In this document: piece by piece, positions 35,920 through 48,699 of the stretch | How the letters are laid out: each line of letters opens with the position of its first letter | How positions within the stretch are numbered: the stretch's first letter is position 1 | Assembly (NCBI GenBank): GCA_964019425.1 | Contig: OZ025798.1 | Coordinates: 682,001-746,000 of the forward strand | DNA: 64,000 nucleotides | Source: Flectonema sp. DT1601 | Lineage: Eukaryota | Reading direction: 5' to 3' | Position numbers and translations under genes: made by a program | Notes under the pieces: model-generated | The model's database searches: none | What the model was told of the DNA's origin: nothing | The model's input: the letters and a program-made list of their open reading frames with translations, nothing else

Positions 35920-38402
35920 CTTTTTATTTATTTTTTAAAGAAAAAAAAAACGGAAAATAGAAATTAGTCAACAAAGTCGAACGATAAAAAAAACAATGAT
36001 AACATTGTTTATTCTTTTTTTTTATTTTTTTTTTTTAATATTTTTTTTTATTTTGAAAAAAAAAAAACAATCAGTTTAGCGTCTTGACCAGGACGGAAAA
36101 TAGAAAGTGATCGACACAGTCGATCGATAAAAAAACAATGATAACATTGTTTATTCTTTTTTTTTATTTTAAATTCTTTTTATTTATTTTTTAAAGAAAA
36201 AAAAAAACGGAAAATAGAAATTAGTCGACAAAGTCGAACGATAAAAAAAACAATGATAACATTGTTTATTCTTTTTTTTTATTTTTTTTTTTTTAATATT
36301 TTTTTTTATTTTGAAAAAAAAAAAAAACAATCAGTTTAGCGTCTTGACCAGGACGGAAAATAGAAAGTAATCGACATAGTCGATCGATAAAAAAAAACAA
36401 TGATAACATTGTTTATTCTTTTTTTTTATTTTAAATTCTTTTTATTTATTTTTTAAAGAAAAAAAAAAACGGAAAATAGAAATTAGTCGACAAAGTCGAA
36501 CGATAAAAAAAAACAATGATAACATTGTTTATTCTTTTTTTTTTGTATTTTTTTTAATATTCTTTTTTATTAATTTTGAAAAAAAAACAATCAGTTTAGC
36601 GTCTTGACCAGGACGGAAAATAGAAAGTGATCGACATAGTCGATCGATAAAAAAACAATGATAACATTGTTTATTCTTTTTTTTTTATTTTAAATTCTTT
36701 TTATTTATTTTTTAAAGAAAAAAAAAACGGAAAATAGAAATTAGTCGACAAAGTCGAACGATAAAAAAAACAATGATAACATTGTTTATTCTTTTTTTTG
36801 TATTTTTTTATATTCTTTTTTATTAATTTTGAAAAAAAAAAACAATCAGTTTAGCGTCTTGACCAGGACGGAAAATAGAAAGTGATCGACATAGTCGATC
36901 GATAAAAAAACAATGATAACATTGTTTATTCTTTTTTTTTATTTTAAATTCTTTTTATTTATTCTTTAAAGAAAAACGGAAAATAGAAATTAGTCGACAA
37001 AGTCGAACGATAAAAAAAAACAATGATAACATTGTTTTTCCTTTTTTTTTTTTTTTTTTTTTTATATTCTTTTTTATTAATTTTGAAAAAAAAAAAACAA
37101 TCAGTTTAGCGTCTTGACCAGGACGGAAAATAGAAAGTGATCGACATAGTCGATCGATAAAAAAACAATGATAACATTGTTTATTCTTTTTTTTTAATTT
37201 AAATTCTTTTTATTTATTCTTTAAAGAAAAGAAACGGAAAATAGAAATTAGTCGACAAAGTCGAACGATTAAAAAAAAAAACCATGATAACATTGTTTAT
37301 TCTTTTTTTTTTTTTTTTTTTTTATATTCTTTTTTATTAATTTTGAAAAAAAACAATCAGTTTAGCGTCTTGACCAGGACGGAAAATAGAAAGTGATCGA
37401 CATAGTCGATCGATAAAAAAACAATGATAACATTGTTTATTCTTTTTTTTTATTTTAAATTCTTTTTATTTATTTTTTAAAGAAAAAAAACGGAAAATAG
37501 AAATTAGTCAACAAAGTCGAACAATAAAAAAAACAATGATAACATTGTTTATTCTTTTTTTTTTTTTTTTTTTTTTTATATTCTTTTTTATTAATTTTGA
37601 AAAAAAAACAATCAGTTTAGCGTCTTGACCAGGACGGAAAATAGAAAGTGATCGACATAGTCGATCGATAAAAAAACAATGATAACATTGTTTATTCTTT
37701 TTTTTTATTTTTTTTTTTTAAATTCTTTTTATTTATTTTTTAAAGAAAAAAAAAACGGAAAATAGAAATTAGTCAACAAAGTCGAACAATAAAAAAAAAC
37801 AATGATAACATTGTTTATTCTTTTTTTTTTTTTTTTTTTTTTTTTATATTCTTTTTTATTAATTTTGAAAAGAAAACAATCAGTTTAGCGTCTTGACCAG
37901 GACGGAAAATAGAAAGTAATCGACATAGTCGATCGATAAAAAAACAATGATAACATTGTTTATTCTTTTTTTTTTTTTTTTTTTTTTAAATTCTTTTTAT
38001 TTATTTTTTAAAGAAAAAAAAAACGGAAAATAGAAATTAGTCGACAAAGTCGAACGATAAAAAAAAACAATGATAACATTGTTTATTCTTTTTTTTTAAT
38101 TTTTTTTTTTAATATTTTTTTTATTTTGAAAAAAAAACAATCAGTTTAGCGTCTTGACCAGGACGGAAAATAGAAAGTAATCGACATAGTCGATCGATAA
38201 AAAAAACAATGATAACATTGTTTATTCTTTTTTTTGTATTTTTTTATATTCTTTTTTATTAATTTTGAAAAAAAAACAATCAGTTTAGCGTCTTGACCAG
38301 GACGGAAAATAGAAAGTGATCGACATAGTCGATCGATAAAAAAACAATGATAACATTGTCTATTCTTTTTTTTTTATTTTTTTTTATTTTAAATTCTTTT
38401 TA

Positions 38403-39231
38403 GGGTAAAGGGGTCTTTCCTACACAAATAGTTTCAGAACTAACCATTCATTACAAAATCCAAAATGGCTGTAAACCGTCCAGTTCGATCCTGGGTGAGG
38501 GCATTTTTTTTTTTTCCTGATTTTTTTTTCAGGTTGGACTTTGTACGGGGAGGTTGGCTTTTATTAGTGGCTCCCCCCCCTTGGGGGGGGGGCTTGCGTC
38601 CCGCCAAGAATTTGGCGGACGCAAGCCCCCCCCTTGCACTCTTCCCCAGCTTAACATCCATTAGTAGCAAACTTGTTTTTTCAGGTTGGACTTTGTACAG
38701 GGGAGGTTGGCTTTTATTAGTGGCTCCCCCCCCTTGGGGGGGGTTGGGGGGGGGGCTTGCGTTCCGCCAAGAACTTGGCGGAACGCAAGCCCCCCTTGCA
38801 CTCTTCCCAGCTTAATATCCATTAGTAGCAAATTTGTTTTTTGAGGTTGGACTTTGTACGGACAGGCAGACTTTGTACGGGAGAGGTTGGCTTTTATTAG
38901 TGGCTCCCCCCCCTTGGGGGGGGGTTGGGGGGGCGGCTTGCGTTCCGCCAAGTTCTTGGCGGAACGCAAGCCCCCCCCTTGCACTATACCCCAGCTTAAT
39001 ACCTATTCTGGGTGAAAAAATCCGGTGAAAAAAAAATGACATTGGTCGGGATTGAGCCTGGGCGTCGGGTATCCAAAGTCAGTGCTCCCTCCGCTGAACC
39101 ACATCCGCTCTTAAAGACAGGTGCGGGTCTCGATGCATCCCATATACAGTTTTTGGGTCCCCCAGCCATTTTGGATTTTGTAATGAATGGTTAGTTCTGA
39201 AACTATTTGTGTAGTAAACACTAGTTTGCCC
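38403..39231. mobile_element. MITE family 2, Mutator-like (GGG..CCC ends, ~69-bp TIR, 9-bp TSD TTCTTTTTA)
   Basis: Perfect 52-bp inverted repeat (38420-38471 / 39163-39214) plus imperfect outer 17 bp. TSD at 38394-38402 and 39232-39240. Confidence 0.88.
39037..39108 (-). pseudogene. Degenerate tRNA-like sequence inside MITE family 2 (duplicate at ~39936-40007)
   Basis: 72 nt. A-box-like TGGTTCAGCGG, D-stem GTTC/GAGC, B-box-like GGCTCAATCCC, then poly-T. Acceptor and anticodon stems pair poorly. Confidence 0.55.
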
Positions 39232-39414
39232 TTCTTTTTATTTATTTTTTAAAGAAAAAAAACGGAAAATAGAAATTAGTCAACAAAGTCGAACTATAAA
39301 AAAAACAATGATAACATTGTTTATTCTTTTTTTTTTATTTTTTTTTTTTTTAATATTTTTTTTATTTTGAAAAAAAAAAACAATCAGTTTAGCGTCTTGA
39401 CCAGGACGGAAAAC

Positions 39415-39814
39415 TCCCCACATGATTCACTTTAGTCAACAAGTTTCCCCTCGAACCCCTTTTGTATGAATCTGTTACTATGATGGAGATAGCAAAGAAC
39501 TATCTCTCGCTCTTTACAACTTCGAGTAGTCTTTTTACTCCTCTTATTAAACCCCTTATCCCTACCCTTAATTATATCACCCCTCTTTGTCCTCTAGCCT
39601 CAATTCCTCCGACAATGCCGCAGAGTGAAGCTCTCGACCGCACGCCGACCAAGATTTTACGACAAGAGAGTCACGTTATCTCCGTTAAAGAGAATACACC
39701 TATTGCGAGACAATGGTCCGAGGGTAGGATTGACTTACTCGAGAATTACTGTCGAGCAGTAGATGACTCTCTCGAAACAAACGAGAAAGCGGCAGAGCTC
39801 TCAGAACAACTTCT
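39415..39814 (+). pseudogene. Fragment of the retrotransposon C-terminal extension (diverged subfamily), fused to a duplicate MITE-2 right half (39815-40130)
   Basis: Matches 47680-47992 variants. ORF 39462 is chimeric. Confidence 0.85.
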
Positions 39815-40480
39815 GGGGGGGGGTTGGGGGGGCGGCTTGCGTTCCGCCAAGTTCTTGGCGGAACGCAAGCCCCCCCCTTGCACTATACCCCAGCTTAATA
39901 CCTATTCTGGGTGAAAAAATCCGGTGAAAAAAAAATGACATTGGTCGGGATTGAGCCTGGGCGTCGGGTATCCAAAGTCAGTGCTCCCTCCGCTGAACCA
40001 CATCCGCTCTTAAAGACAGGTGCGGGTCTCGATGCATCCCATATACAGTTTTTGGGTCCCCCAGCCATTTTGGATTTTGTAATGAATGGTTAGTTCTGAA
40101 ACTATTTGTGTAGTAAACACTAGTTTGCCCTTCTTTTTATTTATTTTTTAAAGAAAAAAAACGGAAAATAGAAATTAGTCAACAAAGTCGAACTATAAAA
40201 AAAACAATGATAACATTGTTTATTCTTTTTTTTTTATTTTTTTTTTTTTTAATATTTTTTTTATTTTGAAAAAAAAAAACAATCAGTTTAGCGTCTTGAC
40301 CAGGACGGAAAACTGGAAGTAATCGACATAGTCGATCGATAAAAAAAAACAATGATAGCATTGTTTCACCTTTTATAATTTTTAATTTTTTTTTTATATT
40401 AAAAAAAACAAGCGGAATTGATCATAATGGGTGGCAGGGGTTGTTATAACTTCGTTTGAAAATTCTTCTTTTTTAATTTC

Positions 40481-40511
<31 letters not shown>

Positions 40512-40664
40512 ACAGGAGTTAAGATCACTTACATGAGTTAACACAACACAGATACGAGAGTAGAAAGAATTCATTCACTTAATTAAAGTTAAAACTGATT
40601 AGTCAGTTTAAGGTCTTGACTAGGACCAACAAAAAGAAAAAAATAAATAAATAAATAAATAAAT

Positions 40665-41393
40665 AACGATCAAGCTGAGCTGGTCTTGTTTTTATTAAAA
40701 TAAGGGGAGCGGGAGGGATGGAAGGAATAAAGGAAAAAAAAAGAAAAGGTCGATCAATTGGATCTGGTCGTCGAGAAGAAGAAGACAATTATTTTAAAGG
40801 TCGATCGGCATAGCCGATCGTTGATAAAAATAACCAGATATAAATACAATCAGTTTAAATTTAAAAAAAAAAAAAAAAAAAGATTAACGATCAAGCTGAG
40901 CTGATCTTGTTTTTATTAAAATAAGGGGAGCGGGAGGGATGGAAGGAATAAAGGAAAAAAAAAGAAAAGGTCGATCAATTGGATCTGATCGTCGAGAAGA
41001 AGAAAACAATTATTTTTAAAAAAAATGATCGGTATAGCCGATCGTTGAGAAAAGAACAGATATAAATACAATCGGTTTTGGTGATCGACGAGTGGAGCGA
41101 TCACTTAACAAGAAGGAAAAAAGAAAGGACCGATTAATTGGGGCTTTGGTTGTATTCCCAAGGCATGTTTTTTTTTTTTTTTTTTTTATTATTCATTTAC
41201 ATTATTTTTTTTTTTTTTTTTTAAATTAATAATCACATTTTGTTCAAAAATATTTCATATTAGAGTAAAAGAAAAAGAAAAAAAAGAAATAAGAGAAAAA
41301 GAAAAAAAAAACCATTGCTGGCCCCCTCACCACTCATAGAGGATGAGGAGGCCAGTAAGGCGTCACTCAAATCTATGCCAAGCCTTGGGAACT
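40665..41393 (+). repeat. Two ~213-bp repeats plus downstream 3'-region sequence of a diverged element copy
   Basis: Homologous to ~3500-4229, ending at GGGAACT. Confidence 0.85.
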
Positions 41394-41395
41394 GC

Positions 41396-43642
41396 ATGCA
41401 AGTATCAACACATAATCAAGATACACCAGCAGCTAACAAACAACATAAAATTGAAGATCGGTTGCCAGAGTATTTCAACCATGGTAGAATACTCGCCCCT
41501 CTGGCAGGGATTATCCCAGACTTGTCCTTTAATTTAGTTGGACACCATGGCTTACAACCCTTCCAGAGGGAAGCACCATTATGACTTCTATTTTTTTTCT
41601 TCAAGAATATCATAAGGTGGGAACAAAGAAAAATGCTAAGAGGAACCCCTTATTAACACCTAAGACATCTAAACTGCAGCCCAGCTTATGCCCAATGCAC
41701 TAACAGGTCATTCCCTCACACTCAGATCAAAAAATCAAAGTTCAGAGTGCATCTTAGCATGAATGAGAGAAATTTCTCATCGCTTTTTTTGAACAAAAGG
41801 GATAGAAGAGGGGATAGAAAACGAACATAACAATAAAATTCTAAGTGAGAAACACTTAGCAGAAACACTTAGCAGCTTTTAAGGAGCTGAAAAGCAAAAA
41901 AAAAATCTAAGTGAGAAACACTTAGTAGAAACAATTCGTAGCTAATTAAGCTGAAAATAAAAAAATAAAAAATTTCTAAGTGAGAAATACTTAGCAACTT
42001 TTAGAACAAATATTTCAGTAAATAACCTGTAATGATTAAACCATTACAGGTTTGATGTCAAAACTGACAAGGACTGAGTTGAATTACCAGGTGAGATTTG
42101 GACAGTTAGCTTTTGGCTAAGGCCCTCCCTGAAGAGCAAGAACAGAAAAACTACCCACACCTGAAGAAAACATACACAAAGAACACACTGTAAGCTGTGT
42201 GTGTATTTTGTGTTTGTCACAACAGGAGAGAAAAGAAAGAATGTCAAGGTTGGTCACCTTGCCTATCAACGCACAACATTGGTGGTCTCTACTAGACCCT
42301 GAGTGATCCCACTGGATCTCTCATCGTTCATAGTACCCTGTGTGAAGTTCTAAAATCAAAGGTAAACTATGAACTACAAATGACTTAGCCTGTTATTATA
42401 ATGCCACAGGCAGGCCCTGCATTCAGCAACTATCCAGCAGTGCTTGGATGTCCTGATTTTCTTCTAAAAAAAAGAAAGAAAAACAAAACTGTAGCTGGGA
42501 TCACTCAGGATCAACAGACTACCAATGCTACCTGTTGTACTTGCTCACTATGGGGGGTGATGCCAAACACCCAGAAGTACTTAACTACTTTCCTTCTTGC
42601 TGCCCAGGAGTTTCTGACCAGAACTAATAGAAAATAAAAAGTAGAAAGAGAATTGTAATAGAAGATTACAAATAAGAGTTGAATTTCCAGGTGAGATTTG
42701 GACTGTTAGCTTTTGGCTAAGGCCCTCCCTGAAGAGCAAGAACAAAAAAACTACTCACACCTGAAGAAAACATACACAAAGAACACACTGTAAGCTGTGT
42801 GTGTATTTTGTGTTTGTCACAACAGGAGAGAAAAGAAAGAATGTCAAGGTTGGTCACCTTGCCTATCAACGCACAACATTGGTGGTCTCTACTAGACCCT
42901 GAGTGATCCCACTGGATCTCTCATCGTTCATAGTACCCTGTGTGAAGTTCTAAAATCAAAGGTAAACTATGAACTACAAATGACTTAGCCTGTTATTATA
43001 ATGCCACAGGCAGGCCCTGCATTCAGCAACTATCCAGCAGTGCTTGGATGTCCTGATTTTCTTCTAAAAAAAAGAAAGAAAAACAAAACTGTAGCTGGGA
43101 TCACTCAGGATCAACAGACTACCAATGCTACCTGTTGTACTTGCTCACTATGGGGGGTGATGCCAAACACCCAGAAGTACTTAACTACTTTCCTTCTTGC
43201 TGCCCAGGAGTTTCTGACCAGAACTAATAGAAAATAAAAAGTAGAAAGAGAATTGTAATAGAAGATTACAAATAAGAGTTGAATTTCCAGGTGAGATTTG
43301 GACTGTTAGCTTTTGGCTAAGGCCCTCCCTGAAGAGCAAGAACAAAAAAACTACTCACACCTGAAGAAAACATACACAAAGAACACACTGTAAGCTGTGT
43401 GTGTATTTTGTGTTTGTCACAACAGGTGAGAAAAGAAAGGATGTCAAGGTTGGTCACAAAAAATGCAAGTATCAACACATAATCAAGATACACCAGCAGC
43501 TAACAAACAACATAAAATTGAAGATCAGTTGCCAGAGTATTTCAACCATGGTAGAATACTCGCCCCTCTGGCAGGGATTATCCCAGACTTGTCCTTTAAT
43601 TTAGTTGGACACCATGGCTTACAACCCTTCCAGAGGGAAGCA
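41396..43642. repeat. ~1.36-kb family, inverted relative to 28627-31545, with a 600-bp tandem duplication
   Basis: GAGTTGAATT at ~42076, ~42676 and ~43276. Identical small ORFs at 42401 and 43001. Confidence 0.88.
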
Positions 43643-43657
43643 TTGAAATTCCATTTA

Positions 43658-44031
43658 GGTAATTTGCTACCATGTCCTAAAGCAGCGCCGATGATAAAGA
43701 AAACATAAACTACCGAAATTACTTTGTGTGTATTTTATTCCACTTCTCTTACCTCGTGCATATTATATATTCGGCGTGAGTGGTACTGTTATTAGTTTTA
43801 TCGTTATTATCGAACTTCTTCTGCAGTTCACAGCCACTCACCCACTTCCACTCTTCAATTCAAAATGTTGGTGCCGGTGTCCCGTCAGGACCTGGCACTA
43901 CCCCAGCGCGGTGAACCTATCTAAGATTAGGATAGGGTCACATGAATGTCCTTAGTATCTGTTCTGCCAGTTGTGCGTATTACTTTATATTCTTTATTCA
44001 GGTGCTGTACAGACATGGAAAGCAAATTACC
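43658..44031. mobile_element. Possible small TIR element (374 bp)
   Basis: GGTAATTTGCTACCATGTC versus GACATGGAAAGCAAATTACC. It interrupts GAAGCA|CCATTATG of the 1.36-kb family. No clean TSD. Confidence 0.5.
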
Positions 44032-44767
44032 ATTATGACTTCTATTTTTTTTCTTCAAGAAAATCATAAGGTGGGAACAAAGAAAAATGCTAAGAGGAAG
44101 ACAACACATAAACAAGAGCAGCAAGCAGAGTTGACACTATCAATTCAAATTTGAAATACCGGGAATTAATTTACAAGGAGGTATCTCAAGTGACTTGGTA
44201 TCTCTAGCGTGTCGGTATCTCTGGAGTGCTGGTATCTCGTATGTGCGTTGGTATCTCATGAGTGATGGTATCTCTTGTGCATTAGAGAAACGAAAAAGAA
44301 TGTCATGACCATGACGGAAGAATTGAGGAATTGAGTTAACATGTTCAATTTAACTTATTTAAACTTTTTTTTTTTTAACAGACCGTAACTATTTGAAAAT
44401 AAAATGTAGATGGGAAACAGTGAAAAGTAAAATGGATGATAAAATTAATGAGAAATATGACATAACAGACCAGATAGAGAGTATTAAAAGGAAAATGAAA
44501 AGGAAAAGAGAAACTAGGTTAACACTTATTTAAAATTAAGACCGGTTAGTCAGTTTAAGGTCTTGACTAGGACCAACAAAAAAGAAAGAAAAAAAATTAA
44601 CGATCAAGCTGAGCTGATCATTTTCTCTTTCCTTTTCTGGTCTTTTTTTTTTTTTTTTTCCTTTTTCATACAACGTTTTTTTATTTATATTTTATTTTAT
44701 TTTTTTTTTCATGTTTGATTACTTCCTCTTCATATTTTTTTTTTTTTTTTTTCTCTCTGCCTCTCCC

Positions 44768-45413
44768 TTTATAGTCCTTAAATTCCTTACTAAACTTACA
44801 GTTACGTCTAAAATGCGCAACTGGACCTTTGAGGTATGTCTCAAAACATAAAGGACATTTGGCTACTAAAGTTTTATCCCCATCCAGAGCCGATCTCGAA
44901 ATAGCCTCTTGTAAAGCCTCGGGGGCTGGGTTGGCTGAGAGATGGTTGCCAGTATCTTTATGACACCGCCGGCCCGGTGTTTCTTTTTTTTTTTGTTGTG
45001 AAGTAGCAATAATAAAAAAAAAAAAAAATAGAAAAGAGAATGGCTCAGAAACAATATCGATGAGTTAAGATCTTTTTTTTTAAACTAATTCTTTTTTTTT
45101 AATTTCGGGCAGCTAACCCTAGAGTTTTTTTTTGGTAAATACTGTTTAAAGGAAAACGAGCTACGCTCTAAAACAGAAAAATCGGAGGAACTACTTGTTT
45201 ATAATATATATTTTGATAAATAATGTGGTTGGCAAATGAATGCCGAAGAGGCAACTTGAGAAAAGCAATTGGATGAGAAGAAACATTGGGTCTTATAAAG
45301 CAAAGGAGATAGAGGGGCCTAAAAAGACCGCAGAGTGGATAGCTCCACAAAAGGCTGAATTCGATAGAGTGGGAAGTAACGGACTGGGAGCTTTTGGCTC
45401 CTGCCCTATTCCC
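44768..45413 (-). mobile_element. 5' end of a diverged retrotransposon copy (hairpin, 5' UTR, first Zn finger)
   Basis: Homologous to ~9642-10285. Homology stops exactly at the base of the terminal hairpin. Confidence 0.85.
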
Positions 45414-46034
45414 AAATCTGATATTTTGGGCTTGTGGTTCAGTAGCAAAGTAGCCTTACCTCCGTCAAGTGCAAATTGCTGGTTTTCGTCAGAGAAAGCT
45501 GTGATATATATCTGACCTGAAGTATCCTTTCGGTAGGTGGGGATGCTGGTTACGGCTGGGATGCGGAGGTTCTGCACACTCACTTCTTGCTCTTCAAAGA
45601 AGAGGAATACAAGTGTTGTGTCGCTGAGCGTTCGGAGTACGCCTGCCACCTCGGTGAGGGTACGCACCGGTGCCCACTCTCGATGAGGTCTGGATGACAT
45701 TTGATATGCTGCCGAAATGCCTGTCACAGTGGCTCTCGTTCTAGAGTATCCTTAATTATCATTGTTATTTGTGAAGCTGTGATTCAAGCGAGTGACACTC
45801 TCCTACTACTACCTTACAAATTGGTCTCAACTGTGCACAAGCATCTTACAGTGTAATACAGTCAATTTCCCCTAAAAATTGCAGAATTTTTGAACTGGTG
45901 ACAAGTAAAGTTGTATCCCAGACCCGGAATTGAGTTTTCTAATATACAGAGTGGGCCAAAAAAGTGCTCAGATCAAGATTTAGAGGCCGGCAGTTACCCG
46001 TGGTACAAAATGGTACCCTACTTTTGGCATCCTC

Positions 46035-46329
46035 TCATATGAACTTCTGGAAGGAGTAATTCAACGGTTAACAGCAGAACGCGATGAATCGAAGACTTCT
46101 CTTTCTGCACTAGTTCGACAATATGACTTAGTGGAAGATTACAGGAAACGTGAGCTCGCAAATCTGACTCAGAAAGCAGACCTATCGGAAATGGCGCTCT
46201 TCAATTACCATCAAAGGTTTGTTCTTCTGTCGAACGAATTGGAGACCAAATGTAATGAGGAAAGAGAAAGTAAAATAAGACTTTTCTATACTCAACAGGA
46301 GGTCGAGAGTTTGCGTGCCGCGCGTCCCC
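46035..46329 (+). pseudogene. Fragment of the retrotransposon C-terminal extension
   Basis: YELLEGVIQRL...ESLRAARP. Confidence 0.85.
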
Positions 46330-46330
46330 G

Positions 46331-47157
46331 CGGTGTCTGCTTTGTCACATTGTGGTGACAGCCCCCGTCTTTCCTCTACACGCGCATGCCGCGATGAGGA
46401 GCGGACCGATCTCTTCCCTAGACGTACCCGGTCATGGCTTAAGGGCTGTGAAGTTGAAAAATCTGCCAGCCATGACCCAGGTGTCTTACGCTGCTGTCTC
46501 AGAACGAGCCAGGCTTAGGCGGCATCTGATCCAGAAGGACAAGTGCGCCTCATCGGTCCACTCAGAAACTCATCGCTGACATGTTTTATGTGTATCGGGA
46601 GAGGGGTTCCTGTTCTGTCAAGAAGATGAGAAGCTTGGTCAGTTTAGAGTCATGACCAGGACGCAAGTGAGACGCAAAAAAGAGCAACCTAATTATAAAA
46701 TAAAAAGACTGCAACAAAGCAGCAGCTATATCGAGCAGCAACAGAACGCAAAGGAACAGGTCTTACATATGCCCAGGAATTGCAACGTCAGCGGCTAACA
46801 GCATCTTCAGTTTCGGTTGTTGTGTTTTGTGGTGATGGGTTCAGGTGGATCTGGGCAAGCTTTTGGCTTTGGCCCTCCATTCCACATTGTGGCAGACACC
46901 GATTCATCCAGCATACCCATCTAATCTATCCCAATGTGTGCTTGACGGCGAGCGGCGAGAAAGAAACAAAGAGGCAAAGGTGCAAACCTGTTTTGTTGTG
47001 TTTATTGTGGCTGTTTTGGCCGCACAAGTCACACATAGGGATCGGTGGTGGCTGCTTCTTCGGTGGCGGTGTCTGCTTTGTCACATTGTGGTGACAGCCC
47101 CCGTCTTTCCTCTACACGCGCATGCCGCGATGAGGAGCGGACCGACTCTTCCCTAGA
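46331..47157. repeat. GC-richer 0.83-kb segment bounded by ~90-bp direct repeats
   Basis: CGGTGTCTGCTTTGTCACATTGTGGTGACAG...CTCTTCCCTAGA at ~46331 and ~47068. Confidence 0.75.
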
Positions 47158-47992
47158 TTAAGGCTGGAACTTTCCTTGAAATGCCAAATCTTAGAAAATG
47201 AACTAGAACAACTGAAAGAACGAATGTTTTATGTACTATTTTTATTTTACTTTAATGCGATGCCGGCCTCCCTTGAGAAAGACAAGCAGCTACTAAATGG
47301 ATTATCTGTTGAGATCAAAGCTACCAACCAGGATCCATCCTCACTTCCTCCTGCGCCCCCTGTTTTAATTATTGAAAAAGATAGAAAAGGATATGAACTT
47401 CTGGAAGGAGTAATTCAACGGTTAACAGCAGAACGCGATGAATCGAAGACTTCTCTTCTTGCATTAGTTCGACAAAATGACTTTGTGGAAGATTACAGGA
47501 AACGTGAGCTCGCAAATCTGACTCAGAAAGCAGACCTATCGGAAATGGCGCTCTTCAATTACCATCAAAGGTTTGTTCTTCTGTCAAACGAACTGGAGAC
47601 CAAATGTAATGAGGAAAGAGAAAATAAAATAAGACTTTTCTATACTCAACAGGAGGTCGAGAGTTTGCGTGCCGCGCGTCCCCACATGATTCACTTTAGT
47701 CAACAAGTTTCCCCTCGAACCCCTTTTGTATGAATCTGTTACTATGATGGAGATAGCAAAGAACTATCTCTCGCTCTTTACAACTTCGAGTAGTCTTTTT
47801 ACTCCTCTTATTAAACCCCTTATCCCTACCCTTAATTATATCACCCCTCTTTGTCCTCTAGCCTCAATTCCTCCGACAATGCCGCAGAGTGAAGCTCTCG
47901 ACCGCACGCCGACCAAGAATTTACGACAAGAGAGTCACGTTATCTCCGTTAAAGAGAATACACCTATTGCGAGACAATGGTCTGAGGGTAGG
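47158..47992 (+). pseudogene. Frameshifted fragment of the retrotransposon C-terminal extension (diverged subfamily)
   Basis: ORFs 47176 and 47726 together match LKCQILENE...QWSEGR, with a 1-bp deletion near 47725. Confidence 0.9.
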
Positions 47993-48699
47993 TGTGTAGA
48001 TACTTTTGAGTTGTTGATCTCAGTTTATGTGTGTGTTATTTATTACTTTATCATCGTTTTCTCTTTCAGGTGCAGTGCAGTGATGGAAAGCTAATTACCG
48101 CAGAAGCCACCTCGAAGGTGAGGACAAGTTCAAGATACGCAGATTAGCTTTCCATGCGAAACTCTTCTTAGCTGTAAAGCATAACTCGCATGTTATTCTC
48201 AACTACCCTCTCTTAATAAATAAATTCATATGTCTCTCTAACTCTTGCTTTACCAACTTCTGAATAAAATGAATATATAAGTATTTCTTTGTTTAACACA
48301 TTATTATCACAGGAAAAAAACAAATGAGTGTTTAAAAGTTATAAAACCTCAGTTACTTACAACAGGGCATGTTGAAGATGAATATTTGTTCCAAAGTTAT
48401 GCAATCTCTTTAGAGGATGTTTGATAGTTTTTCCTTCAAGTTGCCAAGATATAATTTAGTAGTTTACCCCTGAGATTAGCTTAAATAAGGTGGTGTCTTT
48501 TGTGTGAGTTATGAGGATATTCTACTCACCCATTTTTAATTTTAGACTGGTATGACCGAACAACAATCTTTCTATGGCCTCCGGTGGTATTATTTATTTA
48601 TTTGCAGTAATTTACTACGCTGCCACTGACAGTGAAGATTGCCCGAGAGATTGTTGCTAACAATAAGTAAGCTATTTACCACAGTAACTCCTATCAACC

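Larger units (their letters stand above)
31623..40370 (+). repeat. Largest hairpin satellite array (mostly A+B dimers), interrupted by MITEs and an ORF fragment
   Basis: Regular alternation of A and B monomers, ~250-bp dimer. Confidence 0.96.
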
